DNA from: a virus
Lineage: Duplodnaviria > Caudoviricetes
Direction: 5' to 3' (one strand)
DNA: 64,000 nt
Virus record (IMG/VR): IMGVR_UViG_3300032214_000867
Span: 820 to 64,819 of that record
The notes beneath the pieces are model-generated. The model did no database searches and was not told where the DNA came from. It saw nothing but the letters and a program-made list of their open reading frames with translations. Below, one piece after another: positions 19,573 through 26,633 of the stretch. The stretch's first letter is position 1, and every line of letters starts with the position of its first letter. The translations under genes were made by a program, and so were the position numbers.

Positions 19573-20202
19573 ATGCAAAACATCTTTACTGTAGCCCTGC
19601 CCCTTCTGGCATCGGTTACAACCAATGTGGCAACACTGCCTGTATTTCCTCCTTTGACGACGCCTCCAGCGCCGTTTTCTGTTATTAAGGAGTTTGATAC
19701 GACAGCGACCCGAGAGGTTGCTCCCGAAAAGCCAAAAGAGAAAAGGCTAATTTGTAAAGGGTGTTCAGAATATGAACAACTTGCCTTGGATTTTTTCCAA
19801 GATCAAGGAATTAAAGACAGAAACGCCCTTGCTACTATCATGGGCAATATTAAGCAAGAATCTATGTTCGTGCCTAATATTTGTGAAGGTGGTAGCAGGA
19901 CTCAGTACCATCACTGCGGTCGTGGTTATGGTCTGATCCAATGGACATCTGCCGATCGTTATTATGGATTGGGTGATTTTGCTAGGAAGTATGGTGGTTC
20001 TCCATCAGCACTCCCAACGCAACTTCGTTATCTAACGACTGAGGTTCAATGGAAACGAATTGTTGACAGGATGAAAACTCCTGGTAAATCCATCAATCGT
20101 TACATGGACTATGCGTATAGTTGGATTGGTTGGGGCATTCATGGTGCCCGCACTTCATATGCTCATGAGTATGCTAACCGACTGATCACGGTAGAGGTTT
20201 GA
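19573..20202 (+). CDS. Phage tail-lysozyme-family (Phage_lysozyme2-like) muramidase with hydrophobic N-terminus
   Basis: ALATIMGNIKQES, GYGLIQWT..R, QLRYL..E. Confidence 0.82.
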   Translation: MQNIFTVALPLLASVTTNVATLPVFPPLTTPPAPFSVIKEFDTTATREVAPEKPKEKRLICKGCSEYEQLALDFFQDQGIKDRNALATIMGNIKQESMFVPNICEGGSRTQYHHCGRGYGLIQWTSADRYYGLGDFARKYGGSPSALPTQLRYLTTEVQWKRIVDRMKTPGKSINRYMDYAYSWIGWGIHGARTSYAHEYANRLITVEV

Positions 20203-20308
20203 CACAATAAAATAGTAATTTATGGAGGAAAGTTTAAACTTTCCTCTATCCTCTATATAATATTTTTAAAGTGTTATATATAAACATATCTTATTTTTGG
20301 AGATTATT

Positions 20309-20503
20309 ATGTCTATTACAGTACAACAAATTACTGATGCGGTAACTACTTGGCAAACCGAAGACGAAAAGTTTGTTAGTGGGAATAGTGCCGCAGGTAC
20401 ACGAGCACGTAAGGCACTTCAGGAACTTTCTAAACTCGTTAAGATTCGTAGAACGGAAATTTCCGAAGAAAAAAATTTGAGAAAAGCAAATAAAAATTCT
20501 TGA
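20309..20503 (+). CDS. Histone H1-like Hc1-family small protein
   Basis: GNSAAGTRARKALQELSKL motif. Confidence 0.7.
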   Translation: MSITVQQITDAVTTWQTEDEKFVSGNSAAGTRARKALQELSKLVKIRRTEISEEKNLRKANKNS

Positions 20504-20534
20504 TTTTTTATTTTTATTTTAATTATTTGTAGAA

Positions 20535-21113
20535 ATGACCGAGTATTATCCAGAAACTCCTATTTTAGAGCATTACTTTATTCCTTCTCAAATGAGTAAA
20601 GAAATATGTGATAATATAATTAAAGATTTTCTTGAAGAGGAGTATTTGGAAAAATCATGTATCAGTACTAAAGGTAAATTTATTCCTCAAGTGAGATTAT
20701 CATCTCATCGATGGCTTTATACTGATTCTTGGGTTGCTGGAATGCTATCTCATTTTGTTACAGTGGCAAATAAATCTTTTTTTGATTTTGATTTGGAAGG
20801 GTGGCATGATCAGATTCAATTTACTGTGTATCAACCACCTAAAGATCATTACAATTGGCACATTGATGTTATACATAAACCACAAAGACATTTTCTTAGA
20901 AAATTGAGTATTGTGATGTGTTTGAGTTCTAAAGAGGATTATGGTGGTGGAGAACTTCAATTATTTCATCCAACAAAAAAAGTAAAAACTTTTAAGCTTG
21001 ATGTTGGTGATGTAGTTATTTTTCCATCAATAGTTTCTCACAGAGTTAAACCCGTAACTTCTGGTAGAAGAATTTCTTTAGTTGGGTGGTATGGTGGACC
21101 ACCTTTTCGTTGA
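20535..21113 (+). CDS. 2OG-Fe(II) oxygenase (prolyl-hydroxylase-like)
   Basis: YNWHID, RKLSIV, YGGGEL, FPS..SHRVKPVTSGRRISLVGW. Confidence 0.9.
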   Translation: MTEYYPETPILEHYFIPSQMSKEICDNIIKDFLEEEYLEKSCISTKGKFIPQVRLSSHRWLYTDSWVAGMLSHFVTVANKSFFDFDLEGWHDQIQFTVYQPPKDHYNWHIDVIHKPQRHFLRKLSIVMCLSSKEDYGGGELQLFHPTKKVKTFKLDVGDVVIFPSIVSHRVKPVTSGRRISLVGWYGGPPFR

Positions 21114-21122
21114 TCTGGATGC

Positions 21123-21151
21123 TTGACAAGGTTGCCACTATCCTCTATAAT
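21123..21151 (+). promoter_or_regulatory. Consensus sigma70 promoter of the tRNA operon
   Basis: TTGACA-17 nt-TATAAT. Confidence 0.85.
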
Positions 21152-21190
21152 ACTCTCATGGGCAGGCGGGGTTCCACTCCACTCCCACAT

Positions 21191-21262
21191 GGGATTGTCG
21201 CCTATTGGTTAAGGCCCACTGCTTATAACGGTGTGAAGAGGGTTCAATTCCCTCCAGTCCTA
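21191..21262 (+). tRNA. trnI: tRNA-Ile(UAU)
   Basis: GGGATTG/CAGTCCT acceptor, CACTG-CTTATAA-CGGTG, GAGGG-TTCAATT-CCCTC. Confidence 0.88.
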
Positions 21263-21288
21263 TTTGGAAGATTTTACTCTTCCATAAT

Positions 21289-21362
<74 letters not shown>

Positions 21363-21409
21363 TTGGAGATGTATTCTCCATAATACACACGAACACACAA
21401 GAGTAAATT

Positions 21410-21613
21410 ATGACACCATACGAACTACGATTTGAGATTTTTAAGCAAGCATATGCATTTGCTAACGATAAGTTTAGTATTGAATATGATACTGCCCGTT
21501 GTTGGAATGAAAATTCTATGAATACGGTCAAGATGGATTATCCAGATTTTCCTTCTTATCAAGATGTTGAGTCACTTGCTGAAAAAATTAATGAGTTTGT
21601 AAGTTCTAAGTAG
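21410..21613 (+). CDS. Hypothetical protein inside the tRNA operon
   Basis: MTPYELRFEIFKQA...FPS...AEKINEFVS; AC-rich leader. Confidence 0.7.
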   Translation: MTPYELRFEIFKQAYAFANDKFSIEYDTARCWNENSMNTVKMDYPDFPSYQDVESLAEKINEFVSSK

Positions 21614-21621
21614 TAGAACAT

Positions 21622-21693
21622 TCCACAATGGCGCAGCGGTAGCGCAGATGACTGTTAATCATTTGGTCCCTGGTTCGAATCCAGGTTGTGGAG
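21622..21693 (+). tRNA. trnN: tRNA-Asn(GUU)
   Basis: TCCACAA/TTGTGGA acceptor, loop CTGTTAA. Confidence 0.95.
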
Positions 21694-21727
21694 TTGGAAG
21701 GGTTGGAAATGTTCGATTCTTTCATAT

Positions 21728-21880
21728 TATCACTGCCCTCTAATGCAGTGAAAATCGCAGAAAGTGTCTTCTGCTGGTGATGGGCACTCATCACCGTTCC
21801 GTAGGTGCCAAATACCCCTCCTGGTTACGACTGGGAGAAGTAAAGAGAAAGAACATAGGTAAAGTTCTTTCCACCTACCA
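21728..21880 (+). ncRNA. Multi-hairpin structured RNA, probably the manA motif
   Basis: Hairpins TCACTGC/GCAGTGA, GCAGAA/TTCTGC, GGTGATG/CATCACC; GTAGGTG/CACCTAC closes two more; tRNA-adjacent. Family name recalled, not searched. Confidence 0.65.
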
Positions 21881-21883
21881 TAT

Positions 21884-21956
21884 GCCCTTGTAGCTCAGTT
21901 GGTAGAGCACCGCTTTTGTAAAGCGGTTGTCGCAAGTTCAAGTCTTGTCGGGGGCT
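21884..21956 (+). tRNA. trnT: tRNA-Thr(UGU)
   Basis: GCCCTTG/CGGGGGC acceptor, CCGCT-TTTGTAA-AGCGG. Confidence 0.95.
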
Positions 21957-21984
21957 TGACATAATACTTATTATGTCTTATACT
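21956..21984 (+). promoter_or_regulatory. Sigma70-type promoter
   Basis: TTGACA-17 nt-TATACT directly after tRNA-Thr. Confidence 0.75.
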
Positions 21985-21990
21985 TTTCCT

Positions 21991-22033
21991 ATCCGTGTGA
22001 AGGTAAGTGCTGGGGGAGAAATCTCCCACTTTT
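21991..22033 (+). ncRNA. Putative 43-nt sRNA or tRNA-Gly leader
   Basis: Starts at the expected +1; AUCCGUGUGAAGG followed by a GGGAG/CUCCC hairpin and U run. Confidence 0.4.
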
Positions 22034-22104
22034 GCGAATGTGGTGTAGCGGTAACATCCCATCCTTCCAAGTTGGTGTCACGGGTTCGATCCCCGTCATT
22101 CGCT
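22034..22104 (+). tRNA. trnG: tRNA-Gly(UCC)
   Basis: GCGAATG/CATTCGC acceptor, loop CTTCCAA, U73. Confidence 0.92.
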
Positions 22105-22105
22105 T

Positions 22106-22188
22106 CTTAACCAAATCTTAGTTGACATAAGACTCAAGATGCTCTAAGATACTCTCAATCTTAAGATTTGCTTAAGACTTCCTAAATA
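22106..22188 (+). promoter_or_regulatory. Porin promoter with 11-bp periodic CTTA(A/G) repeats (Pho-box-like) and late promoter
   Basis: CTTAACC 22106, CTTAGTT 22117; TTGACA 22122-17 nt-TAAGAT; CTTAAGA 22160 and 22171, CTAAATA 22182. Confidence 0.55.
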
Positions 22189-22246
22189 ACGAAGATTTGC
22201 TTTGTTGTAAATCTTTATATTGTCCTATAGTACATAAAACAATTTT

Positions 22247-23716
22247 ATGAAACTCAAACAACTGATGCTTGCACCTGTTGCTCTGGGAATGGTTGCTCCT
22301 GTTGCTGCGAATGCCGCAGATCTGAATATGGCAGCAGTCAACCAATATGCTTCCTCTGAGCAGGTTACAAGTATTAATCAACTCTCTGATGTGCAACCAA
22401 CCGATTGGGCATATCAGGCACTCAGCAACCTTGTAGAGCGTTATGGTTGCGTTGCTGGTTATCCTAATGGCACTTATGGTGGTGGTAAGGCAATGACCCG
22501 ATATGAGGCAGCAGCACTTCTTAATGCTTGCCTTGATCGCGTAACCGAACAAACTGATGAACTGAAGCGTCTTGCCGATGAGTTCCGTAATGAACTTACT
22601 GTAATTCAAGGTTCTGTTACTAAACTGGAAGCACAAGTTGGACAACTTGAAGCAACTCAGTTCTCCACCACAACTAAACTGCGTGGTGAAGCAAACTTCG
22701 TGATCGGTAATGTTGATAATTACAAGACCAAAGGTGGTGATGTAACTCATGCAGCATTCAATTATGATCTGCGTCTGAACCTGGATACTTCATTCACTGG
22801 TAAGGATCTACTCAAAACCCGTCTGCGTTCTGCTAACTTCAGTAGTGATCCTTTCGGTTCTAGTTCTTCTCTGTTTAAACTTGATAAAGCTGACAACACT
22901 TCTAGTGAAGTTGGTAACAACGTAGTTATCGACCGTCTGTACTATCAGTTCCCTGCTTTCAATAACAAAGCAACTCTGACTGCTGGTGCTGCTGTTCGCA
23001 ACACTGAGATTGCCTGGGTGCCTTCTGCTTATAAGTCTGGTATTCTTGACTTCTTTGCCGTTGCTGGTACTCCTGGTGTTTATAACAAGGCAACTGGTGC
23101 TGGTTTCGGTGTTCAGTATGGAAAGAAAGGTCTTGTTGCTGGTGTAAACTACGTTGCACAAGCAGGACAAGATAGTTCTAAGGGTGAGTTTGATGAGACT
23201 GGTGCTCTCAATACTCTTGCACAAATCGGTTATCGTGGTACTAACTGGGGTGCTGCATTTGGTTATCGTTATGGTACTGAAGGTACTCGTGTTCGTACTT
23301 ATAACGGTCTTGATGGTTCTTCTGGTACTCTGGTTCCTGGTCAAACTTCCAACGGTTATGCTCTGAACGCATACTGGCAACCTAAGAAGTCTGGTATTGT
23401 TCCTTCTGTCTCCGCAGGTTATGGTTGGAATACTGTGAGTGGTACTGCTAGTGCTGCTACAGATAGTCAGTCTTGGTTTGCTGGTTTGACTTGGGATGAT
23501 GTGTTTATTGATGGTAACTCTGCTGGCGTTGCTATCGGACAGGCACCTACTGGTGAAGATCTTGAAAAGGCAACGATGCTTGAGATTTTCTACAAGTATC
23601 AAGTGTCTGATAACATCAGTGTCACTCCTGCTATTATCTACGGAAGTGATAACCAGCGCCTTGCTGATAACTCCTCTAACTGGGGTGGTGTAATTCAGAC
23701 GACTTTCCGTTTCTGA
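22247..23716 (+). CDS. som: Cyanobacterial Som-type outer-membrane porin (SLH domain + OprB-like barrel)
   Basis: Signal peptide, SDVQPTDWAYQAL..LVERYGCVAGYPNG..TRYEAAA, QFSTTTKLRGE, C-terminal TTFRF. Confidence 0.95.
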   Translation: MKLKQLMLAPVALGMVAPVAANAADLNMAAVNQYASSEQVTSINQLSDVQPTDWAYQALSNLVERYGCVAGYPNGTYGGGKAMTRYEAAALLNACLDRVTEQTDELKRLADEFRNELTVIQGSVTKLEAQVGQLEATQFSTTTKLRGEANFVIGNVDNYKTKGGDVTHAAFNYDLRLNLDTSFTGKDLLKTRLRSANFSSDPFGSSSSLFKLDKADNTSSEVGNNVVIDRLYYQFPAFNNKATLTAGAAVRNTEIAWVPSAYKSGILDFFAVAGTPGVYNKATGAGFGVQYGKKGLVAGVNYVAQAGQDSSKGEFDETGALNTLAQIGYRGTNWGAAFGYRYGTEGTRVRTYNGLDGSSGTLVPGQTSNGYALNAYWQPKKSGIVPSVSAGYGWNTVSGTASAATDSQSWFAGLTWDDVFIDGNSAGVAIGQAPTGEDLEKATMLEIFYKYQVSDNISVTPAIIYGSDNQRLADNSSNWGGVIQTTFRF

Positions 23717-23725
23717 TAGTTTAAT

Positions 23726-23760
23726 AGGGGGTTGACAAAACCCCCTTTTTGTTGTATTCT
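23726..23760 (+). promoter_or_regulatory. Terminator hairpin containing a sigma70-type promoter
   Basis: GGGGGTTGACAAAACCCCC-TTTTT; TTGACA 23732-17 nt-TATTCT 23755. Confidence 0.78.
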
Positions 23761-23781
23761 GTGTAAGGAAAGGAAAAACTA

Positions 23782-23946
23782 ATGAAAATTAATCTTTGGT
23801 TCTGTAAAGATATGAACCAATGGCGTTGGACTCTTGTTGATGATCATCGCCCAATCATTAAACAAGAATCTGGTCAAAGAGAAAATCTTCGTGATGCTAT
23901 GAATGATGTGGCAAATACTGTAGAATACATGATGAGTCAAACTTGA
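23782..23946 (+). CDS. Small hypothetical protein (54 aa)
   Basis: Hand-translated MKINLWFCKDMNQWRWTL...ESGQRENLRDAMNDVANTVEY; AAGGA SD. Confidence 0.65.
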   Translation: MKINLWFCKDMNQWRWTLVDDHRPIIKQESGQRENLRDAMNDVANTVEYMMSQT

Positions 23947-23954
23947 CTTTTATT

Positions 23955-24026
23955 GGGCGATTAACTCAGCGGTAGAGTGGCTGCCTTACAAGCAGTAAGT
24001 CATTGGTTCGAATCCGATATTGCCCA
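23955..24026 (+). tRNA. trnV: tRNA-Val(UAC)
   Basis: GGGCGAT/ATTGCCC acceptor, loop CTTACAA. Confidence 0.93.
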
Positions 24027-24053
24027 CTTTATAAATACCTAAAAAATGGTATA

Positions 24054-24560
24054 ATGGAAACACTATTTAAACTATTAAGTGATGCTCAAGCATCACTTTT
24101 TGTGTTATTTCATAAAACTTGGATCTATCACTGGAATGTTGTTGGGCAAGATTTTCAGCAACTTCATACTCTTTTTGGTGGTCAATATGAAACCATGTTT
24201 GAAGAGATAGATAGATTATCAGAACATATGAGATACTTAAATGTAAAACCTTTGAGTAGTTTAAATCGTGTTCTTGAGGTTTCTAAAATCAAAGAGGCAT
24301 CAAGTTCTGCAAATGCTGAAGGTATGATTTCTGATCTTCTTCAATCAAATATTGATTTCTGTAATATGATGGGTAAAATATCTGAAGAAGCAGAAGATCA
24401 AAAATCATATGCTACCGCAAATCTAGTTCAAGATTTGATGGAGTCTCATGGCAAGTTTGTTTGGATGCTTCGTGCATTTTCGGACTCTGGAACAAAAAAA
24501 GTTCAAGAAGAAGTAGAAGAAGTTATTGAAGATCAAATAGAAGAAACAATAGAAGAATAA
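24054..24560 (+). CDS. dps: Dps family ferritin-like DNA-protection protein
   Basis: YHWNVVG..F..LH..F..QY, DRLSE, HGKFVWML; late promoter TATAAATA 24030. Confidence 0.92.
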   Translation: METLFKLLSDAQASLFVLFHKTWIYHWNVVGQDFQQLHTLFGGQYETMFEEIDRLSEHMRYLNVKPLSSLNRVLEVSKIKEASSSANAEGMISDLLQSNIDFCNMMGKISEEAEDQKSYATANLVQDLMESHGKFVWMLRAFSDSGTKKVQEEVEEVIEDQIEETIEE

Positions 24561-24569
24561 TTTAAAATT

Positions 24570-24827
24570 ATGGAAAATATAAGAATCAGATGCCGCTCCT
24601 GTGGTAAGGAGTTAGAAGGGCATCCTACGAAAACTGTGTCTTGTGGTTGTCCGAATATGGCAACTATTCGTGGAGGAGTTATTTCTGCAGTTGACTTATC
24701 ACAGGTTGTTATGCTAAACTCTATGAATAACAAATCTAAAAAAAGTGTTCTTACCAACGAAGATATTGCCTGGCAAGAGGCAAGAAGACAACGTAAGGTA
24801 AGACGTTTAGATTTTGAGATTCGTTGA
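24570..24827 (+). CDS. Small Cys-rich zinc-finger protein
   Basis: CRSC..SCGCPN. Confidence 0.7.
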   Translation: MENIRIRCRSCGKELEGHPTKTVSCGCPNMATIRGGVISAVDLSQVVMLNSMNNKSKKSVLTNEDIAWQEARRQRKVRRLDFEIR

Positions 24828-24869
24828 GTTCTAATTTTTTATAAATAAATTAGAACCTTTTGCATTATT

Positions 24870-25226
24870 ATGCCTTATAAAGATAAAGAAAAGCAAAAAG
24901 AAGCACAGCGTCTTTGGGCTCAAAAACAATCCGATGAATTTAAAAAACTTAAATACAAAAGAGAGTATAATAACAAAAAGTTGATGGTTGAAAAACTCAA
25001 TCAGTTAAAACTTGAAAAGGGTTGTTGTGAAATTTGTGGAGATTATCATCCACCTTGTTGCTTTGATTTTCATCATATTGGTGTTGAAGATAAGAAAAAA
25101 GAAGTTTCCTACCTTGCTGGAAAGGGATATAAATGGGAAACAATATTGACAGAAGTTGAAAAATGTATTATGATATGTGCTCCATGTCATCGTAAAATAC
25201 ATGCTGGTTTATTAACTATACTTTAA
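24870..25226 (+). CDS. HNH-type endonuclease (putative free-standing homing endonuclease)
   Basis: MPYKD start, CEICG, FDFHH, EVEKCIMICAPCHRKIH; own late promoter. Confidence 0.82.
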   Translation: MPYKDKEKQKEAQRLWAQKQSDEFKKLKYKREYNNKKLMVEKLNQLKLEKGCCEICGDYHPPCCFDFHHIGVEDKKKEVSYLAGKGYKWETILTEVEKCIMICAPCHRKIHAGLLTIL

Positions 25227-25230
25227 TTTT

Positions 25231-25313
25231 GGAAGGAGTCCGGTTGGTCGAGGACACCGCCTTGAAAGCGGCTGGGTTTAAAAGCTTCGCAGGTTCGATT
25301 CCTGTTCCTTCCG
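25231..25313 (+). tRNA. trnS: tRNA-Ser(UGA), atypical acceptor/D-arm junction
   Basis: GGAAGGA/TCCTTCC, loop CTTGAAA, long variable arm, G73. Confidence 0.85.
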
Positions 25314-25426
25314 TTACAAATATTATAAAATTTTAGATTTTTTTAATCTATATTTTCGTATCAACACATAGTTGACAGGTTGAAATTACTGATTAGACTA
25401 ACTAGTAGTATTCAACCTAAAAACCT

Positions 25427-25576
25427 ATGGATCAGCACACCTACGATAATTGGGTGAAGATCAAGGAAACCTTCGAATCTTCTGGTAACATGGATAATAT
25501 GTTCTATAAACGAGCAGTTGAAATTGTTAAAACGAGAAGAGATCCTCTTGCAAAGTTTCTTGGTGATGAAAAATGA
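25427..25576 (+). CDS. Small hypothetical protein (49 aa)
   Basis: Hand-translated MDQHTYDNWVKIKETFESSGNMDNMFYKRAVEIV...; TTGACA..TAGACT promoter at 25372-25399. Confidence 0.65.
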   Translation: MDQHTYDNWVKIKETFESSGNMDNMFYKRAVEIVKTRRDPLAKFLGDEK

Positions 25577-25776
25577 TGTATGAACAGGAAGAGTTTATTA
25601 CACGCACAGAAGTCCAGGAGATGATTGATGCAGCAATACGACGACACAACCGTAATGCTTCTATCATTAGCATGTGCGTCGGTTGGGTGGTTCTTGCTTT
25701 ATTTGCTGAAGGATTATTGAGGTTGATTGGAGTTATTCCACCATTACTTCCATTTCTTAAAATTACTCTTAATTAA
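25573..25776 (+). CDS. Small membrane protein
   Basis: EVQEMIDAAIRRHNRNAS followed by a hydrophobic helix and IPP. Confidence 0.7.
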   Translation: MMYEQEEFITRTEVQEMIDAAIRRHNRNASIISMCVGWVVLALFAEGLLRLIGVIPPLLPFLKITLN

Positions 25777-25784
25777 TCTTTTAT

Positions 25785-25889
25785 ATGGAAAAAGAAAATA
25801 TAAGTAGCACAATATTTTCGGCAATGACTATTTTTGGTTTTATCGGATTATTCATTTATTGGGGTCTCACTCACGCATATCCACAATGA
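25785..25889 (+). CDS. NdhQ-like single-helix peptide (34 aa)
   Basis: MEKENISSTIFSAMTIFGFIGLFIYWGLTHAYPQ aligns without gaps to the NdhQ C-terminal helix as recalled (ISAVLILGFIAGLIWWALHTAYA). Confidence 0.55.
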   Translation: MEKENISSTIFSAMTIFGFIGLFIYWGLTHAYPQ

Positions 25890-26002
25890 TTTTTCATACC
25901 GTAGAAGCACTCGCAGCAAGTCCAGTTTGGTTGGGACTTTGTGGATTTGGTATAATTGTAGTTCCTATCATGGGAATTGCATATATACATAATAGAAGAT
26001 AA
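25886..26002 (+). CDS. Small membrane peptide (38 aa)
   Basis: MIFHTVEALAASPVWLGLCGFGIIVVPIMGIAYIHNRR; ATGA coupling. Confidence 0.6.
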   Translation: MIFHTVEALAASPVWLGLCGFGIIVVPIMGIAYIHNRR

Positions 26003-26015
26003 TTATTTAATTTAA

Positions 26016-26477
26016 ATGCCAAATGTAAATTATACGATTGCTAGCGATGGTGGTAATCCTCTTCTTCAGGGATCTGGGTGGACTGGAACTATAGATGTTC
26101 CCAACCTAGCAGTTACTCCAATATCTGCTTTTCCAACATCTGTTAGTGGTGTTTCTGGGGGGTTAACAATAACTTTTACTCCACATGCAACAAATGGGTT
26201 TTATGTTTACCCATCATCTACAGATACTAATCATTATATCACTTTTAGATCCCAAGATATTGCTACCCAATATCCAAATAATGGATATAGCCTTGACATA
26301 TGGTCGGCTGCGTTGTATAATGATATTAATGGGGGAAAAACTTGGCAGGGATTAATTGATGATGGTCCTTATAATTTAAATAATACAAAATATACATTAT
26401 TATATGATTATACCCCAGGAAATCCTACAGCACAAATGTGGTGTAGGGGTGGAAGAATTACATTTACTGCAGGATAA
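26016..26477 (+). CDS. Hypothetical beta-rich protein
   Basis: 153-aa G/T/N/Y-rich ORF, no recognisable motif. Confidence 0.6.
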   Translation: MPNVNYTIASDGGNPLLQGSGWTGTIDVPNLAVTPISAFPTSVSGVSGGLTITFTPHATNGFYVYPSSTDTNHYITFRSQDIATQYPNNGYSLDIWSAALYNDINGGKTWQGLIDDGPYNLNNTKYTLLYDYTPGNPTAQMWCRGGRITFTAG

Positions 26478-26482
26478 TTTTT

Positions 26483-26556
26483 CGGGATGTAGCTCAGTTT
26501 GGTAGAGCACTCGCTTTGGGAGCGAGTGGTCGTAGGTTCGAATCCTATCATCCCGA
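26483..26556 (+). tRNA. trnP: tRNA-Pro(UGG)
   Basis: CGGGATG/CATCCCG acceptor, CTCGC-TTTGGGA-GCGAG. Confidence 0.96.
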
Positions 26557-26633
26557 TTGTCCAGTTTTTAAATTGGACCACTTGACTAAAGGCAATTTAA
26601 CTCTTATAATACTAGAGCACACAATTCAAAACA

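Noticed and set aside
21159-21190. Short GC-rich hairpin with a T-loop-like GGTTCCA before tRNA-Ile
   Set aside because: No cloverleaf; best explained as the 5' leader of the tRNA precursor
22172-23602. 192-aa and 264-aa minus-strand ORFs
   Set aside because: Antisense to the codon-biased som porin; no independent signals
25231-25313. Possible tRNA-Sec or opal suppressor
   Set aside because: Anticodon is UGA (reads UCA, Ser), not UCA; 7-bp acceptor; no in-frame stop read-through in core genes
25358-25371. NtcA-like site GTA-N8-TAG (also GTA-N9-TAC at 46030)
   Set aside because: Neither matches GTA-N8-TAC; too weak in AT-rich DNA
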